Positions 45,543 through 55,932 of a stretch of 64,000 nt of DNA are shown here, one piece after another. The translations under genes were made by a program, and so were the position numbers. A model generated the notes under the pieces. The model made no database searches. It was given only the letters and a program-made list of their open reading frames with translations, and was not told the DNA's origin. Source of the stretch: Minutocellus sp. GHC0000111 (Eukaryota); assembly GCA_977018835.1 (NCBI GenBank), contig OZ361258.1:744001-808000 (forward strand). The letters are read 5' to 3'. Within the stretch, counting starts at the first letter, position 1. The number at the start of each line of letters is the position of its first letter.

Positions 45543-46795
45543 TCATAAGAATTGACTCAGCTGCTTACTAACGCTCTCATAGGTGGCAAACGTGATAGCC
45601 TGGCCGGGCATTATGCGGGCCAAACGAGGGCCGATCCCCTTCCAAAGTGCAATGATACCTTCTTCCTGGGCGATGAGGATGCAAGATTGCAGCACCCCGT
45701 GATATTTCGGTGCGATTCCCTCGACAACGACCTGTCTTTGCTGTCTTGCCTTCACCACATCTGTGCATATATTCCGACACAATAGTCAGACGGAATGAAA
45801 ATATAGAAGCAGGTGAGAAGCAACATCAAATATTTTATTACAATCCATGGCGTATTGCCCATACATCACGACAACTTACCGAGTGGATTATTAATGATCG
45901 GCCCGAGTCCACCGCTCAAACCTCCAAGAATCAAGCTTTCATAAGGTTTGAGACCAAATGTATCTGCTTTGCTTTCACTGCTGCTGTTTTCTCTTCGGTA
46001 CTGAACGATGACATCCTTGATGGCATTGTAGGCTGTGAAATTGCACGCCTGATTGCAGCCTTGCCGCAACATCGTCGGCACGACGCCCCTCCACAGCGCC
46101 CCCAGTCCCTCCTCACGCACAATGACCGTCGCGGTCTGTGCAGCATTGGTATACTTGGATCTGCCAGACTCCAAGGGATGTAGCCTTTGCGACTGCATGC
46201 GTATTTTGCATACTTCCGCGGGAGTTACCACCAACACCGCCTCCGTCAGACCTGATGCCAGCCCTGCCACAAAATTTACAGATCTTGGATATTGCTGTTG
46301 TGCAGATGATGGCGCTGATGATTGGGAAGGGGCATAATATTTGCGATGCATTGATCCCAACCGATCTCGGTACCATTCAAAGCTGACAAATCGGATCGAC
46401 ATTTTGGGTATAACAGCGCTCCAAACTGCGGTGAGTCCCTTGTACAGCGAGGGTACGCCCTCCTGAAGAACAATCGACCTGGCCATTCCGATGGCACCCG
46501 TGGGTGGTTGTATCGCTGGTCTATTGGGCGCCAACCCAACTTGTTGTGAGGTGACGCTACTAAATGCTCGATACTTTACTTTGGTAACATCCGAGCCAGT
46601 GATACTTATGTTGGGAGTTATGACTGATTGAGCTGATGACTTTACATGCAATGACGATGACTGTTGGAGCTGGAGCTGGGTTTTGATCGTGTCAAAGGGG
46701 TGGCATATCGAGGATTCCACCAGGCCGGCGGCTCCACCGGCCACCAGATGGACGGCCATTGAATGCGGCCTCTGCTTCTTGCTGTTGTTGGACAT
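45543..46795 (-). CDS. SFC1: Mitochondrial carrier, succinate/fumarate (SFC1)-like; 2 exons (46795-45880, 45760-45543)
   Basis: Three Px[DE]xxK motifs (PFDTIK, PAEVCK, PL|DVVK), plus PKMSIRF, RQGCNQ and RIMPGQA. Confidence 0.85.
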
Positions 46796-47318
46796 GCTTG
46801 TGGCTGAGCAGAGATTCAAAAGATGCGATCGATCGAAATAATTGCCGATCAACCAATGATATGATCGTCAATAGGAAGATACCTCTCGGCACAGGCGCAA
46901 TGATCTGGTCAATGATTCCTCGATTTCCGATTCCAGAGCCAGTTGTTGCAATGCCAATGCCAATGCCAATCTGCCAATCAACAATGCCTAATAATTCAAA
47001 TCGTGCCAATGCGATTGATGGATGTCAGCCACGAAAAGATACACTTGTACGCAAATAAAATTAAATTGCGAGTTACGTACTGCCTCCCCCAAAATGAGAT
47101 ATCGCGCGCAATAGTAGCTGGGTAACCGAGGATGCGCGTGAGAGATGCGTAGGCGACGAGAACCACTGTCGAGCCACCGGAATGGTCGGCATCGGCTGGG
47201 CATATGTTGGTGTCATGCATGTTCATGGGGAAAAACGGCTGGAAGCGCCCTGCGTAAAAAAAAGGCCTCTGAATGATGCAATATTGACGTAAGAAATTCG
47301 ACCGGCTCGCTTTTGGCC

Positions 47319-47579
47319 CGATGACACATCGAACACAGTGCCTCCCTCCGCTGATTCTCCCAACTCTATGCAACTTAGTAGAACATGAAATGCAGTTTAA
47401 CTACGTGAACTGGAGCTGGCATTGGCGGTAAATGAAACTTCTTAGAGGGTGAGGTCGTCTCAACTGACCAAGCCACAACCATCTCTGCGATTGCTGCCGT
47501 TGCAATTGCTAAGTCAGCTTACAGCACCGGCTCCCAGAGCCTGTCTCTCTCTCTCTCTCTCAGTAGTTAGTTAGTTTTA
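47319..47579. repeat. Left terminal repeat of the YR element
   Basis: 47319-47456 is the reverse complement of 55253-55394; 47456-47579 is a direct repeat of 55510-55644. Confidence 0.95.
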
Positions 47580-47746
47580 GCATTAGGTTGGTGCTACTCT
47601 ACGAGTTCGTAATTATTGGCCGACACACCACCACTGCTGTTAGTCCAGAGACGGCAGTCGACTCCGGAGTCAAACAGCCACGGCTCAGCTCCGTTGATGG
47701 TGCACGTAGATCCGACACAAGTCTCTACGACGGCAGAACAGTGCGC

Positions 47747-49171
47747 ATGGCCGAACCAGATCGACCGGAACTGGATCACGTGTTGTTCGGAGTGGCAAGA
47801 GACCTCATCGTCCGAGGAGACTCTCCTGACCTTCCACGAGGCTGGGACAGACTCAGACGTCAGATTCGGCCCGGGCGCAGAAGATTCTTCACAGCAAGGG
47901 CGTCGTCCGAGAGACTGACCACAGACGCACTGGATTGGTGGAAAAGTTTTGCCGAGGGCCGAATCGACGTTACCGAGTACCTCACCGATCTCGTCGAGCG
48001 CGCCACAGGCTACCTCCCATTGAGAGCCACGGGGTACCAGCCATCCCCAGCAGCAGCCGTTTCACACCTTGCTCCAGTAGCGCACGGTCTGGTCGCCGAG
48101 CACCTCGAGCAACAAGCCTTCTTGGTGTCACCGGACTGGCCCACGCACCTCGTCAACATCTGGCTGATAGCCACGCGCCTTACCGAGCCTGAGATCCGCC
48201 GGGCACACGAGACGGCAACTGAGTTGGACCTGAGCAGTGCACTGTGCCGACTACCACGGGCAGACGGAGGCGTCGTGGTTCAACAGCATCGGGGGCGAAG
48301 GTGTCCGGAGGCATCGGTAGCAGCAGCGCGGCAACACCATTGCATCTGGCCCCAGCTCTGCCGGCTCACGCAGTGCATCCTCCACTACCAGGCCGACCGA
48401 AAAGAAAGACGGCGCATCGCGGCCAGAGAGGGCAGACCTCTAGAGCCGACACCGTACGCTTGCATAGGTTCACGGGGGAGCGAGCTTCCACCAACGCTGC
48501 CGCTCACTTATTTCGAGTGGGAGGTAAGGCCACTCTTCTACCCACGTGACGCACACGACCGAACCGAGCGGGCTGGCGTCAGTGTGGCATTGGAGCGAGG
48601 AGATCTCATCGGCCCTTTCGCCCTTGTCACCCAGTTCCCGCTGGATTCGCCGCACCCGTTCCAGAGACGGCAGCACCTACGACCGGACCAACTCACTGAA
48701 GCTATTATCAACTGGGACAGTGGATTCGAGAGCCTCACCAGCGCTCGACTCCGACACACTCGGCCTGACAGCAATCCTCTTGGACACCGAGTGGAGGTCA
48801 ACCCGTACGAACACTGGGGAAGGCTGGCAGACCTAACGGCGTCCCCCTCACACCGCTGGGTAGGCACCTACCATCGAGTCTGTCCGAGGTGGCTAGACGA
48901 CACGGCCGATCCAAATCGCTGGGAGGGTGCCCACTACCGCGTCTGGCCAAGAGCATCAATTCACCGGCGCCCCGACGATCTCGAGGCACCTATCCGCCTG
49001 CGAGATGTCACCGCCGATGTTTTGGCATCAGAGCCACCGCGTCAGGCATTCAACATCCTTCTATCCGCCTTTGGAGAGCCCGACATCGCCGACCGCATCC
49101 TCACCCTCACGGCCGATCTGAACCACATCCAGCGCCGAGAGGACCGACGCCGAAGGCGACAGGCAAGGTGA
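47747..49171 (+). CDS. Extra 5' ORF of the YR element, unknown function
   Basis: Uninterrupted 474-codon ORF from the first ATG inside the element; no recognisable domain. Confidence 0.6.
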   Translation: MAEPDRPELDHVLFGVARDLIVRGDSPDLPRGWDRLRRQIRPGRRRFFTARASSERLTTDALDWWKSFAEGRIDVTEYLTDLVERATGYLPLRATGYQPSPAAAVSHLAPVAHGLVAEHLEQQAFLVSPDWPTHLVNIWLIATRLTEPEIRRAHETATELDLSSALCRLPRADGGVVVQQHRGRRCPEASVAAARQHHCIWPQLCRLTQCILHYQADRKERRRIAAREGRPLEPTPYACIGSRGSELPPTLPLTYFEWEVRPLFYPRDAHDRTERAGVSVALERGDLIGPFALVTQFPLDSPHPFQRRQHLRPDQLTEAIINWDSGFESLTSARLRHTRPDSNPLGHRVEVNPYEHWGRLADLTASPSHRWVGTYHRVCPRWLDDTADPNRWEGAHYRVWPRASIHRRPDDLEAPIRLRDVTADVLASEPPRQAFNILLSAFGEPDIADRILTLTADLNHIQRREDRRRRRQAR

Positions 49172-49187
49172 TCGAGCATTGATCACC

Positions 49188-51247
49188 ATGGCTTCATCTT
49201 TCAACAACACCTGGAAGTCAGTCCTACTGGCACAAGAGACACCGGCCGGGGCCGACGCCGCCGTAGCTCGAGATTTCCAGAGATTCCTCGCCGACAACGT
49301 CTGTGAAACCGACCCCACGGCCGCTGTGGTCCAGAGCCATGCCCGAGCGATCCAGCAGCAAATCCGCGACGCCGAGGGTTTGTCCATGCTGGCCCACCAT
49401 CCAGAAGGGAAAGTCGTGGTGATTCACCATGCCGTGGCTCAGGGAGGCACCACCATGCAGCCCGACCTCAGGTTGGGTGGGCTCCTCGGGATCGACGATG
49501 TAGCCCCGGCAACATCGTTGGCCCAACCTAGCCTCTTGCGGTGCAAGGAGGTCCTAGCCCCATCGGTGGAAGCCATGCTGGGGGCACCGTCAGAAGCCGC
49601 CCTAACCGGTCTCACCCAGGAAGGCTCCAACACCCGCCACCGGAGTGCCTCCACGAAGTTTAAGTCCCTTGTGCTACTGCCACCTTCGATTCTGCAGAAT
49701 GTTCTGGCTGGAAGAGCACGAGGCATCGCCTTGGGCCATCCTGTCCGCCATCAAACGTCGGCTGGATGAGGACGCCGGCAGCGACGACGCATCAGACAGC
49801 GGTGACGACGAGGGTCATGGCGCAGCAGGTCTTCGCTCCAATGAGGCTGTTCAACACGTCGTCAAGTGGCTGTGGTTCGTTGCCACGTCCGAGCAAGGTG
49901 ACATCCCGGCCGTCAGCTTGCACCCAACGACGGACCCGGCTCTCAAGACACACACCCGTGAGATGCACGCTCGGCACATCACTGGCGCCGGTGGCGACGG
50001 ACCACCAGCCGGTGGCGCCCCGACCGACTCTGCAGTTGCTACCGCGGCCAACGCCATGACTAGGGCCGCGTCCGAAGTGTCCTCCCTCACCGGCGCAGTC
50101 ATGGCCTGCACTGACAAGGTCGACAAGAAGCACTCGATGAATGGCGCCATCCTCAAGGCCTGTGCTGCTTTCTGCCGGGTCTCGACCGAGCATGACGATG
50201 ATGTAGCAGCGATCGACTCGAATCTTCCCGAAGGATTGAAAGCACTGCTGGAAGAGTCAAACCTCACGCAAGCAGCCGTCGGCCTCGAGCTGCATGTAAA
50301 GGGCAAGACCGGAGTCAGGACATCTCTCCAGGGCCTCACCACTTACGTCCGCCTCTTTGGCTTCGGGAAGAGCGACAAGAAAATCTACGATGGCTTCTCT
50401 GTCTTCGCCTTTAGCCCGGTAAAACTCCAGCAGCAGCAATGCGCCCCTGCACCTCGCCGCCTCTCAAAAGAAAGGATGCACCTCGACTCAGGTGAAGGCT
50501 CTTCTGAAGCAGAACTACCGGTCCCCAACCGAGTGCGACGGTGCCAAACGTCACATCTCGGCCTTCGGCGCTGGCACTTCCTTCCTTGCCGGAGAGGATT
50601 CCGAGCCCGCTCGCTACGTCGCCAGGGTCCTCAGTCACATGAAGACACACGAGGACCAGTGCCGCGACATCGCCGAGAGCCATGGCGAGAAGTTCTGGCT
50701 GGCAATGTTCCACAACATCGACGCCTCCATCCATGCACTCTGGAAAGCTTGTCTCCGTTCCCCCGACGACGCCGGCAACGACCTCTCTTGCTTCTCAATG
50801 GCCGACGAGTCCAAAAAGACAATGAAGACTCAGAATCCTTTCGTCTACCCCAGCCACATCAAGCTCGTCCAATCGGCCGACGCTCCCACCCCTTCCTCGG
50901 ATTCCGACTCCGACAAATCAGAGCCAAGAACCAGTCCGAAAAAGAAGCAAAAGACGGGCGGCGCCAGCGGCAGAGCCCACCAGTGCGAACACTTCGTCAC
51001 GTTCGACATCAACCCCGGCAACTTTGCAAAACGGCATGGCAAGAAATCCGAGCCCTATGAGGACAGACCTGAAATTAATGGCTGTAAATTCTGCCCTCCA
51101 TTCATCCTGACAGGTGTCTGCGGCGCCGGATCCTCGTGCAAGCTCAAGAAGTCGCATGTCAAGAGGCCTCTTAAGGCATCGGAGAGAGGACCCGTCGAGC
51201 AGCACGTCGAGAAATGCGATCGGAAGTGCGAGGAGGCGGAGGAATGA
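49188..51247 (+). pseudogene. gag-like ORF with C-terminal CCCH-type Zn motif, two frameshifts
   Basis: Frames join at ~49706 (CTGG duplication) and ~50422 (+1 A); C-terminal CPPFILTGVCGAGSSCKLKKSH. Confidence 0.7.
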
Positions 51248-51851
51248 CGGATCGGGTGGGCACGGAGGCGTGGCCCACCCTCGGAGGACGCTGGAGAAAC
51301 ATCTCGGCCAGCCGGCCGAGCTCGTCCCTCCAAGCGCCGTCGAGTGCAGCCAGACACGTCGGCGTCGATCCGCCCCGGTGGCTCCAGCCGCCCAAGGTTG
51401 TCCGGTGCCCCAAAATCCGGCGTGTGCGGTCGCAACGACATCAGCAACCAATCCAGGCTCTCCGGTGCCCCTAATGCCGGAGCAGAAGGCCGAGGCGTTA
51501 GCAGTGACCTTCGGTCGGGTCCTGGTCCCCCTAACACCAGCGGTGATGCCTGCGCCGACAACAGCATCTCAGGCTCTGGCTCCAGCACCACTAACGCTGG
51601 CGGTGCGGAAGCCACCGACAACCTCTTCGACCGGCTAGGCCAGCGAGAGAAGGATCTCCTAGGTAAGCAGCCCCAACCCGAAGCACAGTCTCCCCCTGGT
51701 TCCCCTACGCACAGCAAGGAAGCAGAACCGACACGCCAAAATGGTAAGTGAGACCAACAGGTGAAGAAACACCTACAACAAACGGGGCAGCCCAGCGCCC
51801 ACAATGGGCCCACCACGGTCGGACAGACCCGTGTGCTCGTGAACGTGCAGC

Positions 51852-54020
51852 ATGTGCATGTCTCACCTTTTTCTCGCCTCATGCAATTCCACGTGGGAAC
51901 TAGAGCCCATCTTCGATGTTTCCACCTTGGCACAGCACGTCCGACGAGCAGTCGAGTCCCCGTCGGCCACACCGAAGCCCACGGAGTTCAGATTTGAGCT
52001 CTTGACGGAGGTCGCCGCTCACAATTGGTCGGTCCTCAAGAAATACGATCGTTCTCTGAGCAGGGCACTCGAGGCGCAGGGCGGGTCGCCACTCCAACCG
52101 GGATCGGAGTTCAGAGACCTGAGTCTTCTGGAGCCGATTCTTGGCCGGCACCCGCTGTGGCCCCGCTTCCGCTCCATTCTCGACAGTGGATCCGACTGGG
52201 CCCTCGATCCGGTGAGCGACGAAAGCAGACTGGACAGCGTGATAAAGAACATCGGCCGAGGCAACCACAAATCGGCCAGGGATAGGCCGGAGGTACTCAA
52301 GGACCAAGTTCTCGACGACGTGACCCGCGGTTTCGCCCTCCCTCTGCCAGCAAAGGTCGCGCCCCTTGTTCCTGGAGCGGAGGTGGCTCCGATGGGTTTG
52401 GCAGCACAGAACACGATCAGCGAGGCTGGCGAGATCATGCCCAAGGACCGCCTGACTCACGACCAATCCTTCGAGATCGGTGCCGCACGGTCCGTCAACA
52501 ACAGAGTGTGCATGGAGGACCACCAGCCAGTGGTGTTCGGCCATGCCCTCCGGCGAGTGATCCACTACATCGTAGACGCCCGTCACAAGCATCCCCGTGC
52601 TCCCATCCTCCTGCAGAAGGTCGATTTCAAGGCTGCGTGTCGCCGGGCCCACTTGGCTCCCAGCACGGCCGTCAAAACGATCACCACCCTGGATGGCATT
52701 GCCCTCATGTCCCTCCGGCTGACTTTCGGCGGCCGCCCTTGCCCGAGCGAATGGCATGACATGTCCGAATCGGCGGCCGACCTGGCCAGGGCCCTCCTGC
52801 AATGCTCGGACTGGGACCCGTCAGAGCCCCACAGCCCCCAGCAGAAGCACTTGGGTCGCCCCAAGGTGGAGGGCGACGATGTGCCGTTCGCGCCGGCCCT
52901 GGACATGATCGTAACCCTTCCCGACAACAAGGATGGCATCGTCGAGCCGCACATCGATGAACTCATCGCCGCAGCCCCTGACCTGGGCGACAACAAGGAT
53001 CGGATGTCCGCTGCCACCCTCCTCGCCATCCACGCGCTTGGCCGACCGGCATCCGACAGCGAGCCACTGCCCAGAGATGACCTTGCCTCCATCAAGAAGC
53101 TGCTCGCCGAGGGGACGCCTTCCGAAGCACTGTGTCTCTTGGGGTGGGATGCTGACACCCGGCGGCTCCTGCTGAGGCTCCCTTGGAGCAAGCACCTGGC
53201 CTGGCGCGATGACACACTTCGGCTCCTCAGAGCCCGCGGCGCCACCAGATCAGAGCTGGACACCTTGGTCGGAAGGCTAAACCACGTCGGACACATCATT
53301 CCAGCCGCACGACACTTCCTCAGCCGCCTTCGGGATCGGCTCTGGAAGGCCCGCCGCCACGGCCGCCAACGGTTCGACTCTGAGGATGCAGAAGACCTCA
53401 ACCCATGGCTCCGCTTCCTCCGAAGGGCCGCCGATGGCATGAGCATGAACCTCCTCACGCACCGTTGCCCCACCCACGAGCACACAAGTGACGCCTGCGA
53501 GCACGGCATCGGCGGATGGTCCTCATCCGGCAGAGCGTGGAGATTTGCCCTCCACGAGGAGCCATGGGGCCGGTTCACCCTCAATTGCCTGGAATTCCTC
53601 GCCGCCGTCATCGGCCCATGGATCGACCACATCGAGGGCAACCTACCAACCAACCCTCTCCTGCGTGCTGTCGGGGACCGACAGCACCACGGCCGAGGGA
53701 TGGCTCAGGAAGTCGAACTTCGTGTCTCACAGCGAGAAGGATGCCAACGCAGCGGTCAAGCTGGCCACGGCGCGGAAACTAGCCGACATGCTCATCGAGA
53801 CCAACACCATGCTGTGCTCACAGTGGTTCCAGGGGAAGCGCAATCCGGAGGCCGATTCTCTTTCTCGTGATGCCGATCTCTCTGATGCTGACCTCACGAA
53901 ATTGCTTCTGTCATCTCCCGAATGTCAGCTTCCCTCAAATTTCAGGATTGCACCACTACCCAATGAGATTGCTTCCTGGATTGTCTCGCAGGCGCGGACG
54001 CTGCCCTTCAGGAAGCAGTT
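51852..54020 (+). pseudogene. Reverse transcriptase / RNase H, inactivated
   Basis: KDRLTHDQSF, KVDFKAAcRR, LRLTFGG, hIDE in place of YxDD, LLGW, SDAC, LEFLAA, TDSTTA and EADSLSR. Frameshift at ~53650. Confidence 0.9.
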
Positions 54021-55194
54021 ACAACGGCCACTGCCGAGAAGCACGCTCTCGCGTGGAGCCGCTGGACTGAGTTCCTGCAGCTTATCGGGACCGGGGACGA
54101 CGTCTTCCTCGACTAGGTGTCACCCCGAGACCGAACAGTCATTCTCGGCGCCTTTGCCCACGCCGTCCGACAGGCCAGCTTTTCGGGGCCAAAGTTTTCG
54201 CGACTGGCTGCATCGACAGTCCGAGACACCGTCTCACATGCATGCTCGTCCTTCCGGCACAACCAGCGCAGGGACCCAGGGAAAGACGACATCGGCCAGC
54301 CTTCACTCCTTCTGCAGCGGCAGTTCCGAGGACACAGCCAGTCCGACCCGGCCGAGCGGCCGGAGAAGGCGATCACCTAGAGATCGCCTCCGTCAGGGAA
54401 ACGGAAGAGGACCGTGCAGTCGGGCAACTAGCCGTCGGCGCCTTCTTCTTCGCGATGAGGTCGTCTTGCGAATGCTCCAGAGTCAGCGGTGAGCGCAGGA
54501 CCAAGCTGCTCCGCCTCCGCAACATCCAGTTCTGCCGCGGCCGACGGCGCATGTGTCACAACGACCGGTCCCTCCTCTCAGCAGACTCTGTCTCCGTCAC
54601 CTTTGAGTTCCAGAAGAACGACGAGCGTGATGTCACGATTGCGCAACACTGCACCCACGACGCCGCCACCCTCTGCCCAGTTCGAGCTTGGGCTGCCCTG
54701 GTGAAACGAGTCCTAGGGCACCCTAGTGCCAACAGCGATGCACCGGTAAATGCCTTCGTGGTCAACGGCGTGTTAAAACACATTCCTGCCACCCGAACAG
54801 TTGACAAGATCCGAGCGTCGGCCACAGTGATTGGAGAGGACGTCCTCTGGGCTGCCATCCCTCTGAATTCGGATCACACTCCATTCGCAGCGGAGCAGCA
54901 ATGGCAATGTGTCAAAATGATGTTCCCACGTGCACAATCATGCTGGTAGGGCGGTGGTCCAGTGACGCCTTCCTCAAGCACATCCGTCGCCAGGTCCAAG
55001 AATTTACATCCGGAGTCTCCACACGCATGATCCAACGAGGTTCCTTCTTCAACGTGCCCCACGCACACTCGACGAGCCATCGCGAAGACCCAAGGACCCC
55101 AAATTGCCGCCAATCCTTCGCCGGCATCAACAGCATTGGCCGACGAAATGCCGGCTTCGGGACTCCAATGCCCCCCTTCGCCCTGTTCACATAA
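53985..55194 (+). pseudogene. Tyrosine recombinase, inactivated
   Basis: GAFFFAMRS(S)CE, FQKN, LCPV, HSIRSGAA and GRWSSDAFLKhIR, with His at the catalytic Tyr position. There is an internal stop and frameshifts at ~54376 and ~54845. Confidence 0.9.
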
Positions 55195-55252
55195 GCACGA
55201 CACACATTGTTGGCCGATCTGTGCTAGCTGCGGAAAGGAGGAGGGGGAGAGG

Positions 55253-55644
55253 GACCTCACCCTCTAAGAAGTTTCATTTACCGCCAATGCCAGCTCCAGT
55301 TCACGTAGTTAAAAACTGCATTTCATGTTCTACTAAGTTGCATGGAGTTGGGAGAATCAGCGGAGGGAGGTGCTGTGTGTTCGATGTGTCATCGTTGTGG
55401 GTGCCGCACGGTGGGGATGAGCTGGCGACGACGGTGGTTAGCAGCAGGCACTAAAACTGCATTCCTGTAGTGCCCAGTTTTTCTGCTGACCACCACCTTC
55501 GCCTCCTCTCGTCTCAACTGACCAAGCCACAACCACCAACCAACCAACCATCTGCGATTGCTGCCGTTGCAATTGCTAAGTCAGCTTACAGTACCGGCTC
55601 CCAGAGCCTGTCTCTCTCTCTCTCTCAGTAGTTAGTTAGTTTTA
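55253..55644. repeat. Internal complementary region (ICR) plus an extra direct copy of the left repeat
   Basis: 55253-55394 complements the left end and 55395-55592 complements the right end (55663-55844). The junction lies at 55394/55395. Confidence 0.92.
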
Positions 55645-55662
55645 AATTCCCTCAAACCGCCG

Positions 55663-55844
55663 ACTGTAAGCTGACATAGCAATTGCAACGGCAGCAATCG
55701 CGCAGATGGTTGCGGCTTGGTCAGTTGAGACGAGAGGAGGCGAAGGTGGTGGTCAGCAGAAAAACTGGGCACTACAGGAATGCAGTTTTAGTGCCTGCTG
55801 CTAACCACCGTCGCCAGCTCATCCCCACCGTGCGGTACCCACAA
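55663..55844. repeat. Right terminal repeat of the YR element
   Basis: Reverse complement of 55395-55592. Its first ~70 nt are also inverted relative to 47456-47524. Confidence 0.92.
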
Positions 55845-55932
55845 AAACCAAAGCAAACCCGCCGCAAATCCGCGAGGCCCCGCCTAAATGCCGCCACAGT
55901 CTACGAGTGACTATCAGCACTACTAGTCTAGT

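Larger units (their letters stand above)
47319..55844 (+). mobile_element. Full-length but inactivated tyrosine-recombinase (DIRS-type) retrotransposon, 8526 bp
   Basis: Contains gag-like, RT/RNase H and YR ORFs. Both termini are complementary to an internal region (55253-55592) that spells the circular junction. No target-site duplication is seen. Confidence 0.92.

Noticed and set aside
47319..55844. LTR (Ty3/Copia) retrotransposon or endogenous virus
   Set aside because: There is no DDE integrase, protease or LTR pair. A tyrosine recombinase and ICR-type termini identify a DIRS-type element.
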